A stretch of 64,000 bases of DNA. Source: Alteromonas naphthalenivorans (lineage in GTDB: Bacteria; Babelota; Babeliae; Babelales; CAIQNR01). Position 1 is the first letter of the stretch; each line of letters begins with the position of its first letter. Location of the stretch: contig JBLICC010000001.1 of NCBI GenBank assembly GCA_047631715.1, forward strand, positions 20,012 to 84,011, written 5' to 3'. This document shows, piece by piece, positions 9,082 to 18,545 of this stretch. The notes beneath the pieces are model-generated. The model was not told where the DNA came from. It did no database searches and worked only from the letters and a program-made list of their open reading frames with translations. A program made the position numbers and the translations under genes.

Positions 9082-10131
9082 TCAACCTTCTTGTTGAACA
9101 AAGGCAATAGTATTATTGTGTATAACTGGTAATCCTGCGGCTTTATATTCAAGATATTTGGTAGGGCGAGACACCCAATTAAGAATATTTTGTTCTCGTA
9201 ATAAAATTCCTTCATCAGCAACGCATAAGTACGATAAAATATTTTTATGAGAAACGGTAATAATTTTATAACAGCTTAAGCAAAGCTTTTCTTGTTTACA
9301 TATATTTTTAAATATTTTTAGATCTGTAGTTAGTAGCAATAAAAAAGAATTTGGTTTTTTTTTGAGTTGATCTTTAAAAAATATAATAGTTTGAGTGGGG
9401 CATTGCCATGGTTTTGCAGATCCGTTATAGACGTACACATAAGCATTTGAGGGTATTTTTAATTTAGTACGCAATGCTGATCTAAGTGTTGTGCGTTGTG
9501 CGGGTTTTATTGCTATGGGGGTATCGTCATGTTGATTATAAGTAAAGATCTTACTGGGTAGGGTATAGGTTGTTATGAGATAGTCTTGTAATGCTTTGCT
9601 TACGATTTGTATTTTAAACGCCACAGTTGCTTTGTAGGTGTATGCTTCTTGCTCCCAATAAGCAAGTTGATAGGTGCGTAATCTATGTAACCAATAAGTA
9701 AAAAAAGAACTGTTTGTAGTACTAAAGGCATATTCTTTTGCAAGCAGTCCGCGAGCTTGTAGTGTAAGATTCATGCAATGGCTGGTAAGTGCTCTTTGTG
9801 TGATAAGGCCTGCAAGAGGTCCACGAGCTATGAGTGAATAGTGTGTAAGTACCGTAAGAAATGTTTTGAGTTGCCATGCCCCAAGCGCAAGAGAAGGCCA
9901 TCCTAAAAAAATAGTTTTTTTAAAAAGTTTAAGAGAGAGTCGTGGGTGTAACTTATTTAATCGGTTAATTTTTTGTGTAGATGGATATTTTTTTTCGAAA
10001 GAGACAAGCGTGGCTGTAAGAGTTTTATTACGCCCTAGCTTTTTGAGTAAAGGGTCAAGGACTTGCCCTTCAAATATCGAATGTTCGATTCCATCGTATA
10101 AAACAAAAACAAGCGAAGCTGTTTTTGCCAT
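9082..10131 (-). CDS. Putative GT-B fold glycosyltransferase
   Basis: The C-terminal block RPTKYLEYKAAGLPVI resembles the GT4-type P-x-K-x-x-E-Y-x-A-x-G-x-P-V/I motif. The rest was not recognised. SD GAAAGGT. Confidence 0.35.
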   Translation of the reverse strand: MAKTASLVFVLYDGIEHSIFEGQVLDPLLKKLGRNKTLTATLVSFEKKYPSTQKINRLNKLHPRLSLKLFKKTIFLGWPSLALGAWQLKTFLTVLTHYSLIARGPLAGLITQRALTSHCMNLTLQARGLLAKEYAFSTTNSSFFTYWLHRLRTYQLAYWEQEAYTYKATVAFKIQIVSKALQDYLITTYTLPSKIFTYNQHDDTPIAIKPAQRTTLRSALRTKLKIPSNAYVYVYNGSAKPWQCPTQTIIFFKDQLKKKPNSFLLLLTTDLKIFKNICKQEKLCLSCYKIITVSHKNILSYLCVADEGILLREQNILNWVSRPTKYLEYKAAGLPVIHNNTIAFVQQEG

Positions 10132-10195
10132 AGAGTGACCTTTCTTTTTTTGTTACACTTAGCTCAGTTTATATAAAAATAGAGATACCTCAAAA

Positions 10196-10795
10196 TTGAA
10201 AGATAGTTATATGATTAAAGTTGGTCAAAAGGCTCCAGAATTTAGTTGTCCGGTTGTAGAAGGTTCTACTGTTAAACAACAGTATTGCCTTAAAGATTTA
10301 GGTGATACGTATAAAGTTATTTTCTTTTACCCTGCGGATTTTACTTTTGTGTGCCCAACAGAGTTACATGCTTTTCAAACAAAACTTGATGCATTTAAAA
10401 AACGTAATGCATTAGTGGTAGGGGTTTCTACCGATTCTGTAGAGAGTCATCAAAAGTGGTTAAAAACACCAAAAAAAGAAGGCGGCGTAGAAGGGATCAC
10501 TTATCCATTGGTTGCTGATGATTGTAAAAAAATGGCTTTAGATTACGGTGTTTTAGATGAAGCTTCTGGTATGGCGTTGCGTGGATTGTTTGTACTTGAT
10601 AAAGATAACATTGTGCAAGCTGCTGTTATTCATAACATGCCATTGGGAAGAAACATTGACGAATCATTGCGTATTCTGGATGCATTACAATTTCATGAAA
10701 AAAATGGTCAAGTATGCCCAGCAAACTGGGAAACAGGACAAACCGCATTAGATGCAACAACTGAAGGTGTTAAAGAATATCTTTCTAACTCTTAG
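10196..10795 (+). CDS. Typical 2-Cys peroxiredoxin (AhpC/TSA family)
   Basis: FFYPADFTFVCPTEL carries the peroxidatic Cys and VCPANW the resolving Cys. The true start may be the ATG at 10211 (MIKVGQKAPEF). Confidence 0.88.
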   Translation: MKDSYMIKVGQKAPEFSCPVVEGSTVKQQYCLKDLGDTYKVIFFYPADFTFVCPTELHAFQTKLDAFKKRNALVVGVSTDSVESHQKWLKTPKKEGGVEGITYPLVADDCKKMALDYGVLDEASGMALRGLFVLDKDNIVQAAVIHNMPLGRNIDESLRILDALQFHEKNGQVCPANWETGQTALDATTEGVKEYLSNS

Positions 10796-10798
10796 TTG

Positions 10799-11140
10799 TT
10801 ATATTAAATTTTTTTTTCGAGGACCAATATACAAACCTTCATCAGAGCTTGATTCCTCTGAATCGTAGTCTAATACAGAATATGTGGGCTGCTGGTAAAG
10901 AACTTTTTTTTCGTTAATAGTCTGGAAGGTGTGAGTTTTAGCAAGAAGAGGAGATTTGCTGCGCATGGGCTGATTATAGCGAACTTGTTTGAATAATGTT
11001 TTTGTACATTTTATAGGGGCACAAACAATTGATTCTCCAATTATGCAGATTGTTGCATAGCAGATTGAACTGTAAGTGCATTCAGAAGATATACCTTGTG
11101 TGGGAAGTAGCAATAAAAGTAATGCGATAATTTTTTTCAT
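10799..11140 (-). CDS. Small secreted Cys-containing protein, hypothetical
   Basis: Signal peptide MKKIIALLLLLLPTQGISS. GGAGG SD upstream. Confidence 0.4.
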   Translation of the reverse strand: MKKIIALLLLLLPTQGISSECTYSSICYATICIIGESIVCAPIKCTKTLFKQVRYNQPMRSKSPLLAKTHTFQTINEKKVLYQQPTYSVLDYDSEESSSDEGLYIGPRKKNLI

Positions 11141-11166
11141 AATGATGAGCCTCCAGATTATAAGAT

Positions 11167-11217
11167 GTCCCTTACCGTAGTATTACACTTTATAAGGTAA
11201 TGAAGACGGTAAGGGAC
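11167..11217. other. Perfect 12-bp inverted repeat with a 27-nt spacer
   Basis: GTCCCTTACCGT (11167-11178) pairs with ACGGTAAGGGAC (11206-11217). It lies between the brnQ stop and the next gene's SD. No U-run follows on the minus strand. Confidence 0.4.
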
Positions 11218-11226
11218 TCATAGTAC

Positions 11227-12387
11227 TTACATAAAATTAACGTAGATAGATGCTACCAGTGCAATTGCCGTTGGTATTTTGATAGGTGTAAATCCCCATA
11301 ATTTATATGCAATATTAAGAAGTGTAATAACAATAATTACAGGATAGCATGTTTCTATAATAGGCATAGAAAGCTCCATAATAGTAGTTAGTCCATAACA
11401 TGAAAGAATACTTGTAAATCCTAATACGCCTACTAAGCATGGAATATATTCAACTTTATTATTAGTTAACTCAACTTGTACATATTCTGCAAGTATTGTT
11501 GCTAGAGCAATAATGGTAGAAAAACAGGCCATTGCAACCGCTATGGCAATAATAAAGGCACCATGTGTTCCCATAATTTTAAAAGAGATACGACTAAACA
11601 GTTCAGCACCATTAGAAGCTTGAATTGTTTTTCCGTAAAATGCGCCTAAGAAAGCCATTCCGGTATAGACAAAACCTAAGAGTGTACAACCGAATAATCC
11701 TGCTTTCATTGCGGTCCATGCAAGAGTTTTTACATCATAATCGTTATGATCTTTCATTGTTTTTTTAAGAATGGTTAAAACAATAGAAGCAAAGAAGATA
11801 CCACCAAGTAGATCTAAATGTCCGTATCCAAGTTTTGCTTGTTCATAAAATATATTCCAGTTGCTAGCCGCTACAGGAACAAGTGTTGTTGGGTGGAGCA
11901 TTCCTTTTATCAAAATAATACCTAAAGAAATAAGCAATGCAGGACTAATAACATGACCTAAAAGATCAATGATTTTGTTTTCTCTATAGGTTGCAAGAAA
12001 CGTTATTCCACAAAATACTACACTAAATATAGGGAGTGAAACATGTGGAAGAAAAGGTAAAAGCATTGTATAGGAAAGTGTTACAATTCGAGACATTGCA
12101 ATGAAGGGTCCAATAACAGCCATACAAAATGCAACTGATAAAAATCCTGGTATTTTACCAAGTCGGTTAAAAAAAGTTTTATAGTTTCCATCAAATAAAA
12201 TTACGGCAATAAGCCCAATTACAGGGAGTAGTACTGCTGTGGTTAAGAAACCTGCAATTCCCCAAATAAATTTATCACCAGAATTAACACCAGCTTGTAC
12301 AGGAAACATAAGGTTAGCTGCACCAAAAAGCATAGAAAAGATAGCTAAACCAGCAGTTACAACCGTAGATTTTAAAACATTTCTCAT
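11227..12387 (-). CDS. brnQ: Branched-chain amino acid transport carrier (LIVCS/BrnQ family)
   Basis: The N-terminus FSMLFGAANLMFPVQAG...GFLTTAVLLPVIGLIAV parallels BrnQ (FxxFVGAGNxIFPPxxG...). 386 aa, about 12 TM segments. Confidence 0.85.
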   Translation of the reverse strand: MRNVLKSTVVTAGLAIFSMLFGAANLMFPVQAGVNSGDKFIWGIAGFLTTAVLLPVIGLIAVILFDGNYKTFFNRLGKIPGFLSVAFCMAVIGPFIAMSRIVTLSYTMLLPFLPHVSLPIFSVVFCGITFLATYRENKIIDLLGHVISPALLISLGIILIKGMLHPTTLVPVAASNWNIFYEQAKLGYGHLDLLGGIFFASIVLTILKKTMKDHNDYDVKTLAWTAMKAGLFGCTLLGFVYTGMAFLGAFYGKTIQASNGAELFSRISFKIMGTHGAFIIAIAVAMACFSTIIALATILAEYVQVELTNNKVEYIPCLVGVLGFTSILSCYGLTTIMELSMPIIETCYPVIIVITLLNIAYKLWGFTPIKIPTAIALVASIYVNFM

Positions 12388-12444
12388 AAGAAAGTTCTTT
12401 CGAAAGTAAAAAAAAAAATTATATACTAAAAAAAGAGGAAGAGA

Positions 12445-12582
12445 TTAGAAAGCCACGAGAGTGGACATAATCATCATGACAATGACAAACATGACAGGCA
12501 TAGAAGAAATAATCACAGAGTGTGATTGTAAAGAATTTTTTTGGGTAAATTGGCTCGAACGATGTATATAGGACTCGTTCAT
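12445..12582 (-). CDS. Small hydrophobic ORF (45 aa), absent from the ORF track
   Basis: ATG at 12582 preceded by a GAGGAGG SD. Product: MNESYIHRSSQFTQKNSLQSHSVIISSMPVMFVIVMMIMSTLVAF. TAA at 12447-12445. It lies upstream of brnQ on the same strand. Confidence 0.3.
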   Translation of the reverse strand: MNESYIHRSSQFTQKNSLQSHSVIISSMPVMFVIVMMIMSTLVAF

Positions 12583-12673
12583 TGTTGCCTCCTCATCGTG
12601 TTTTTAAGGATTAATAATAAAAGTAAGAGTACCGTAGACTATAAAAAACTGCAAGTTTCTTTTAGGGTTTCGG

Positions 12674-12702
12674 TTGCAAAATAGGCCTAATGCCAGTATA
12701 TC
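12674..12702 (+). promoter_or_regulatory. Putative sigma70-like promoter for ppsA
   Basis: TTGCAA (12674-12679), 17-nt spacer, TATATC (12697-12702), preceded by GGGTTTCGG. Confidence 0.35.
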
Positions 12703-12746
12703 TTATCCAATATTTGTTCTCTTAGAAAACCAAGGGTGGTAATTAA

Positions 12747-15149
12747 ATGAAGTACATTAAACAGTTTAAAAACTTACAGCTTAAAGATATTGCCCAAGTG
12801 GGTGGAAAGAACGCTTCTCTTGGTCAAATGATACAAGATCTTGGATCTCAAGGTGTTGCAGTACCGGGTGGATTTGCAGTAACCGCCGATGCATATCGAT
12901 TTCATATAGCAGACAATATATTACTTGATGCTCTTAAAAAACTTTTAAAGCCACTCAAAAAACAGGGTGATATCAAAAATTTAGCTCGAGTTGGGAAAAA
13001 GGCTCGAGAACTTATAGCCAAAGCGCCGTTGCCAAAAAAATTGGTAGAAGAAATTACACAGGCTTATAAAAGTATGAGCAAAGAATCAGGAATCGATAAT
13101 TGTTCGGTAGCTGTTCGTTCTTCGGCAACAGCAGAAGATTTGCCTGATGCTTCTTTTGCCGGTCAACAAGAAACCTATCTTAATGTTTCAGGGGTCATAA
13201 ATGTCTTAGAAGCATGTCGAAAGAGTATGGCCTCACTATTTACCGACCGAGCAATTATTTATCGTATGGAGAAAGGATTCGATCATTTTGATGTTGCTCT
13301 TTCTGTGGGAGTACAGCATATGATTCGTTCTGATCTTGCTAGTGCAGGAGTTATGTTTACCATTGATACTGAGACTGGGTTTAAAGAAAGTGTGATTATT
13401 ACGTCTTCGTATGGTTTGGGAGAAACAGTTGTAAAGGGAGAGGTAGTTCCTGATGAATTCCATGTTTTTAAGCCAACGCATAGAAAAGGTTTTCATTCTA
13501 TTATTCGTAAAGAGTGCGGTAGTAAAAAAATAAAAAAAGTATTTGGTACTATTCGCAAACCAGTAGTTAATGAAAAAGTAGATCAAAAAGATGCTGTGCA
13601 GTTTTCTTTAACAGATGAAGAAGTTTTGCAATTAACCGATTTTGCAGTGACTATCGAAGATCATTATTCAAAGCTTAAGGGTTCATTTTGTCCAATGGAT
13701 ATTGAGTGGGCAAAAGATGGTAAGAATGGAAAATTATATATTGTGCAAGCACGTCCAGAGACAGTGCATACAATGCGCAAAAAAGGTCACGAAATTATTG
13801 ATTACACAATCAAAAATAAAAAAGAAGCTCAAGTATTGGTTGAAGGTCAAAGCATTGGTCAATTAGTTGCACAAGGCAAAGCATGTATTATTCGGCATGT
13901 TAAAGACATAGAGAAAATGCGCAAAGGTGATGTTTTGGTTACCCGTATTACCGATCCTGATTGGGTTCCGATTATGAAGCAAGCCGCTGCTATTGTAACA
14001 GAAAGCGGTGGAAGAACGTGTCATGCTGCCATTGTAAGTCGTGAGCTTGGTATTCCTGCAATTGTTGGTGCTGCGGGTGCAATGAAAAAAATAAAGGATA
14101 GGGAAGAAGTCACTATCGATTGTAGCCAAGGTTCAGGTGGCATTGTATACAAAGGTGATCTTGCTATTAAAAAAACAGTTACTCAAGTAAAGAATATTAA
14201 AAAGCCACCGGTCAAAGTGTTGCTTAATATTGCATCGCCAGATCTTGCCTATAAACTTTCTGATTTGCCGGTTGATGGGGTTGGGTTAGCGCGTATAGAA
14301 TTTATTATTGCGCATGATATTCAAATTCATCCTATGGCGTTTATAGATCCAAAAGCGATAACAGACAAAACAGTACAAAAGAAAATTGCTCAAAAAACTG
14401 TAGGTTATCAAGATCCACAAGATTATTTTATAGAAAAACTTGCACAAGGTGTTGGAACCATTGCTGCTTCGTTTTATCCACGACCAGTAATCGTACGTTT
14501 TTCTGATTTTAAGAGTAATGAGTATCGTGGATTATTGGCAGGAGATGTATTTGAGCCACAAGAAGAAAACCCTATGATTGGGTGGCGTGGAGCGTCTCGT
14601 TATTATCATAAAAATTATCAACCAGCTTTTGAATTAGAATGTGAAGCATTAAGGTATGTACGTGAGTCGATGGGACTGGATAATGTGAGCGTGATGATTC
14701 CCTTTGTGCGTACGCTGGAAGAGGCAAAAAAGGTTATCGCTATTTTAAAAAGTCGCGATCTTGAGTCTGGTAAAAATGGATTAAAAATTTACATGATGTG
14801 TGAATTGCCTTCTAATGTTTTATTAATCGATCAATTTGCAAAATACTTTGATGGATTTTCTATAGGGTCAAACGACCTAACACAAACAACACTATCGGTT
14901 GACCGTGATTCTGGATTGCTTTCAGCACTCTTTGATGAGCGAGATCCTGCGGTAAAAATTATGCTTGAGATGGCTATTAAAGGTGCACATAAGGCGAAAA
15001 AACCGATTGGTATTTGTGGGCAAGCGCCATCGGATCATCCAGAAATTGCTGAGTTTTTAATCAAGCAAAAGATAGACTCTCTTTCATTAAACCCAGATAC
15101 CGTGCTACCATTTTTATTATCTTTTAACTCAAAGGGGAGTGGGAAATGA
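12747..15149 (+). CDS. ppsA: Phosphoenolpyruvate synthase (pyruvate, water dikinase)
   Basis: 800 aa. N-terminal VGGKNASLGQM, phospho-His swivel domain GGRTCHAAIVSRELGIPAIVG, and a C-terminal PEP-utilising TIM domain (MIPFVRT, GSNDLTQ). Confidence 0.92.
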   Translation: MKYIKQFKNLQLKDIAQVGGKNASLGQMIQDLGSQGVAVPGGFAVTADAYRFHIADNILLDALKKLLKPLKKQGDIKNLARVGKKARELIAKAPLPKKLVEEITQAYKSMSKESGIDNCSVAVRSSATAEDLPDASFAGQQETYLNVSGVINVLEACRKSMASLFTDRAIIYRMEKGFDHFDVALSVGVQHMIRSDLASAGVMFTIDTETGFKESVIITSSYGLGETVVKGEVVPDEFHVFKPTHRKGFHSIIRKECGSKKIKKVFGTIRKPVVNEKVDQKDAVQFSLTDEEVLQLTDFAVTIEDHYSKLKGSFCPMDIEWAKDGKNGKLYIVQARPETVHTMRKKGHEIIDYTIKNKKEAQVLVEGQSIGQLVAQGKACIIRHVKDIEKMRKGDVLVTRITDPDWVPIMKQAAAIVTESGGRTCHAAIVSRELGIPAIVGAAGAMKKIKDREEVTIDCSQGSGGIVYKGDLAIKKTVTQVKNIKKPPVKVLLNIASPDLAYKLSDLPVDGVGLARIEFIIAHDIQIHPMAFIDPKAITDKTVQKKIAQKTVGYQDPQDYFIEKLAQGVGTIAASFYPRPVIVRFSDFKSNEYRGLLAGDVFEPQEENPMIGWRGASRYYHKNYQPAFELECEALRYVRESMGLDNVSVMIPFVRTLEEAKKVIAILKSRDLESGKNGLKIYMMCELPSNVLLIDQFAKYFDGFSIGSNDLTQTTLSVDRDSGLLSALFDERDPAVKIMLEMAIKGAHKAKKPIGICGQAPSDHPEIAEFLIKQKIDSLSLNPDTVLPFLLSFNSKGSGK

Positions 15150-15580
15150 AAAAACAATTATTTTTAATACTAATGCTTTCAGTTAGCCTCAACGCTGCTG
15201 ATAGTCCAGAAGTGCAATCAGATTCAGATGGCGAAACTATTTTGATATTTTCAAAAAAAGAGATGTATGATATGCGTACATCAGAACAAGCTATTATTGC
15301 ATTGCAAGCAGCAAAAGGGCAGATTGGAAAAGAAAAAAAATCGCAGCAATGTGGAATGCTTATACTATCCAGCGACGGTGAATTTATGCGAATTGATCAC
15401 AAGCAAGATGAACAAAAAAAGCCTGAAAAAAAAGACCTAGGTCAACAAGTTGATGATGATATTGATGCTGTAGTTAATGCGGTTTCCAATGCTATAGAAG
15501 GTGCGCTTGATACTGTTGATGATGCACTTGATTCTGTAGTTACTGGAGCAGAAAAAGCTTTGGATTGGTTGATTGGTTAA
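15146..15580 (+). CDS. Acidic secreted protein, hypothetical
   Basis: ATGA overlap with the ppsA stop. Signal peptide MKKQLFLILMLSVSLNA. D-rich C-terminus. Confidence 0.45.
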   Translation: MKKQLFLILMLSVSLNAADSPEVQSDSDGETILIFSKKEMYDMRTSEQAIIALQAAKGQIGKEKKSQQCGMLILSSDGEFMRIDHKQDEQKKPEKKDLGQQVDDDIDAVVNAVSNAIEGALDTVDDALDSVVTGAEKALDWLIG

Positions 15581-15581
15581 T

Positions 15582-15899
15582 CTATCGATTGCCTGTGATC
15601 GTAGTTACTAAATCAACCGCGTAATCTTTAAATTTATCAAAGTAACCTTCAACATCATCAACATCGTTTTCTAATTCTTCTTTAAAGGGCTTTTGGCTAT
15701 GCCCATGCCCACACTCTAAACAAATGTTTTTCTCAGTCCGTGGTCCATTGCAATGACACGAGCAATCATCTATATGAAATTGAGCATTGCTGTGAATAAC
15801 GCCAGTTTTAAAATCTTTTCTTTCCCATGATGTGCAATGTGGTGATGCGTTTGAAAAGAAAGGTGCTAAAAGAAGTATGGTGAGTAGTAGTTTTTTCAT
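15582..15899 (-). CDS. Small secreted Cys/His-rich protein, hypothetical
   Basis: Signal peptide MKKLLLTILLLAPFFSNA. Contains HCTSW...DDCSCHCNGP...CLECGHGH, a possible metal-binding pattern. Confidence 0.45.
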   Translation of the reverse strand: MKKLLLTILLLAPFFSNASPHCTSWERKDFKTGVIHSNAQFHIDDCSCHCNGPRTEKNICLECGHGHSQKPFKEELENDVDDVEGYFDKFKDYAVDLVTTITGNR

Positions 15900-16048
15900 G
15901 ATGCGCTCGATTCAGACTGAAAACTTTCTTCAACTTCCCGTTTTTCTCTTGTGAGTTCTTCGTAATATGGTGTTGGGCAAGCCGTTAAGAATGTTTGAGC
16001 TACTAAAAATATACCGACAATAAATATAACGAAATGTATAACCTTCAT
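15896..16048 (-). CDS. Small membrane ORF (50 aa), absent from the ORF track, translationally coupled to the 15582 gene
   Basis: ATG at 16048 after a GGAGATAGGGG SD. Product: MKVIHFVIFIVGIFLVAQTFLTACPTPYYEELTREKREVEESFQSESSAS. Its TGA overlaps the next ATG (ATGA at 15899-15896). Confidence 0.35.
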   Translation of the reverse strand: MKVIHFVIFIVGIFLVAQTFLTACPTPYYEELTREKREVEESFQSESSAS

Positions 16049-16183
16049 TTCCCCTATCTCCTTTTCTATAAATTACATTATAGAATTAAAGATACCATGA
16101 TAGGTTTTCTAATTGCAATACTTTTTTAAAAAAATAAAAATCTCATTAAAAAGTGTTGTAAGAAAGGGATTTCTTATAACAAC

Positions 16184-17101
16184 TTAAACAATGTGTTCAA
16201 TGTTTTTTGATTGATTATATATATAAGAATCGGCTGTTCCTAAATCTGCAATAAAGCTTTTTATATGGGGAGCATAAAGTGGATGCTGTAGAGCAAGTCC
16301 AATAATCGCTTTTATCCATCCTATTGGAGTTCCTACGTCATAACGCATAGATTGAACTTTGTAGGCAAAAACTTTTTCGTTGTTTTGGATCATATGGGCT
16401 ATTGCATCGGTTAATTGAATTTCTTCTGTGCTATAAGTGCTTACATGATCAAGAGAGTTAAATACTTTGTGAGATAAAACATAGCGACCAATTATAGCAA
16501 GATTTGATGGAGCATCTTTTTGAGCAGGTTTTTCTACAAGATTAGAAATTTGAAATAAATGTGGAGTGATCTGTTGCTTGATATCGATAACTCCATATGA
16601 AGAAATGCAATCAATAGGAACTTCTTGTACTGCAACAACACTGCCTTTTTCTTGGCGAGCAATGCGCATAAGTTGACCAAGGGCAGATTGTTTTCCTACT
16701 AAAATATCGTCGGGAAGCATAACACCAAAATATTCTTTGTTAATACACTGTTCTGCCAATGAAACTGCGTGTCCAAGCCCAAGAGCTTCTGCTTGGCGAA
16801 TATAGGTAAACTGCGTAGAGCGTGTTATTTTTTCGAGTCCTCGAAGTAAACCTTCTTTGTTATTTTCTTTTAGAAATTCATCAAGATCTGGTTTTGCATC
16901 AAAATAATCTCCCAGAGCTTGCTTTCCTGAGCTTGTGATAATAATGTAATTTTTGATTGCTGCTTGTAAACCTTCTTCAATAATATATTGAATAGCGGGT
17001 TTTTCGAGCAATGGGAGCATCTCTTTGGGTACGGATTTGGTGAAAGGTAAAAAACGTGTTCCTTTACCAGCTGCTGGAATGACTACTTTTTCTATGTCCA
17101 T
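16184..17101 (-). CDS. galU: UTP--glucose-1-phosphate uridylyltransferase
   Basis: VIPAAGKGTRFLPFTKSVPKEMLPLLEKPAIQYIIEE and VEKP..K.APSNLAIIGRYVL are GalU signatures. SD AAAGGAG. Confidence 0.9.
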   Translation of the reverse strand: MDIEKVVIPAAGKGTRFLPFTKSVPKEMLPLLEKPAIQYIIEEGLQAAIKNYIIITSSGKQALGDYFDAKPDLDEFLKENNKEGLLRGLEKITRSTQFTYIRQAEALGLGHAVSLAEQCINKEYFGVMLPDDILVGKQSALGQLMRIARQEKGSVVAVQEVPIDCISSYGVIDIKQQITPHLFQISNLVEKPAQKDAPSNLAIIGRYVLSHKVFNSLDHVSTYSTEEIQLTDAIAHMIQNNEKVFAYKVQSMRYDVGTPIGWIKAIIGLALQHPLYAPHIKSFIADLGTADSYIYNQSKNIEHIV

Positions 17102-17141
17102 AGCAACGCTCCTTTAACTAATCTCTTTAATGAGTCTTTTT

Positions 17142-18176
17142 TTAGAACTGTTCCAGAAAAGATACCTGTCCTGAATGTAAAAGTCTAATATCGTTGATGC
17201 CGTATTTTAGCATTGCCAAACGTGTTAGTCCGCATCCAAAGGCAAATCCAGTGTACTTTTTAGAGTCTATTTTACATGCTTTTAAAACATTTGGATGTAC
17301 TAATCCAGCACCAAGCATTTCTATCCAGCGTGTATGCTTACATGTTGCACAACCTTTGGTACAGAATGGACAGGTGATGTCGAACTCTATGCCTGGTTCA
17401 ACAAATGGGAAAAATCCTGGACGAACACGAATAGAAAGTTTCTTACTATTGAATAATGTTTGTAAAAACGTTTTGAGGGTTGCAATCAAGTGAGACATAG
17501 AAATGTTTTCTGCAATAACCAATCCTTCAAGTTGCATAAACATAAAATCGTGAGAAGCATCGGTTGCTTCATAACGATATGCGCGTCCGGGTACAATCAA
17601 AGCCAACGGAGGCTTTTTCTCTTTCATTGCATGAATTTGTACGGTCGAAGTATGCGTTCGCATTAAGAGTCCGGGGATATTCAACCAAAAGGTATCAAAC
17701 ATATCACGAGCAGGGTGATCGGCCGGAATATTTAAAGCATCAAAATTATATTCTTCAGTTTCAACTTCTGGGCCATCAAGAACTTCGTACCCCATCGATT
17801 TAAATATGGCACACACTTCTCGTGTAAGATGCGTGTAAGGGTGTAGAGATCCTCGAGATTGATCAGTTTTGTATGCGGTTACATCAAAGTGCTTATGTTT
17901 TTCTTCTTCTTGCTCAAAAGATTTTTCGAGTAAATCTTGTTGTTTGCTTAAAAAGAGATCTTCTACAGTCCGTTTAAGTTGATTAATTTGGGGACCAACT
18001 TCTCGTTTTTCTTCTACAGAAAGAGTTTTGAGTGTTGGCATTAATTGAGCAATCTTGCCTTTTCTTCCCAAAAATTCTACGCGTGCTTGTTCAAGATCTT
18101 TGGTTGATTTAACAGACTCAAGTGCTTTTTGAGATGCTTTTTGGAGAGAACTTATTTCCGAAAATATTTTTTTCAT
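17142..18176 (-). CDS. pheS: Phenylalanine--tRNA ligase alpha subunit
   Basis: FDALNIPADHPARDMFDTFW, the class II motifs (GRAYRYE; GFAFGCGLTRLAML) and the 344-aa length fit PheS. Confidence 0.92.
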   Translation of the reverse strand: MKKIFSEISSLQKASQKALESVKSTKDLEQARVEFLGRKGKIAQLMPTLKTLSVEEKREVGPQINQLKRTVEDLFLSKQQDLLEKSFEQEEEKHKHFDVTAYKTDQSRGSLHPYTHLTREVCAIFKSMGYEVLDGPEVETEEYNFDALNIPADHPARDMFDTFWLNIPGLLMRTHTSTVQIHAMKEKKPPLALIVPGRAYRYEATDASHDFMFMQLEGLVIAENISMSHLIATLKTFLQTLFNSKKLSIRVRPGFFPFVEPGIEFDITCPFCTKGCATCKHTRWIEMLGAGLVHPNVLKACKIDSKKYTGFAFGCGLTRLAMLKYGINDIRLLHSGQVSFLEQF

Positions 18177-18287
18177 GCTTTTGCCATCCGGGCTTTGTGA
18201 TATCTTTTAGCTTATTCTGAAATACTAGCAGACCGAGCTAAGGTTGGCAATTTTAAGAAAGTAATGAAATAAGAATGGTTTGGAATT

Positions 18288-18362
18288 TGGTGCCGGGAGA
18301 CGGAATCGGACCATCGACACTGTGCTCTTCAGGCACATGCTCTACCACTGAGCTACCCCGGC
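18288..18362 (-). tRNA. tRNA-Phe (GAA), CCA encoded
   Basis: Reverse complement GCCGGGGTAGCTCAGTGGTAGAGCATGTGCCTGAAGAGCACAGTGTCGATGGTCCGATTCCGTCTCCCGGCACCA folds as a cloverleaf. The anticodon loop CTGAAGA gives anticodon GAA. Confidence 0.9.
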
Positions 18363-18545
18363 TACAACATGTTATTTATTACAATAACAGAGAAAAGATG
18401 TTCTTAAGGTACTATCCCCAGGTAATTTGTCAACAATAATTAACCTTAAAAGTAAAATTTATGCTTAATTCTTCTCTTCTGTTTCTTAATATACTATGGT
18501 AAAAAACATAGTTTTTAAAAAAGGATGAGCAAGAGGTAGCAAGTT

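Noticed and set aside
18177-18287. T-box riboswitch leader for pheS.
   Set aside because: The gap is only 111 nt, and I found no specifier loop or conserved T-box sequence. The upstream element is a complete tRNA-Phe gene.
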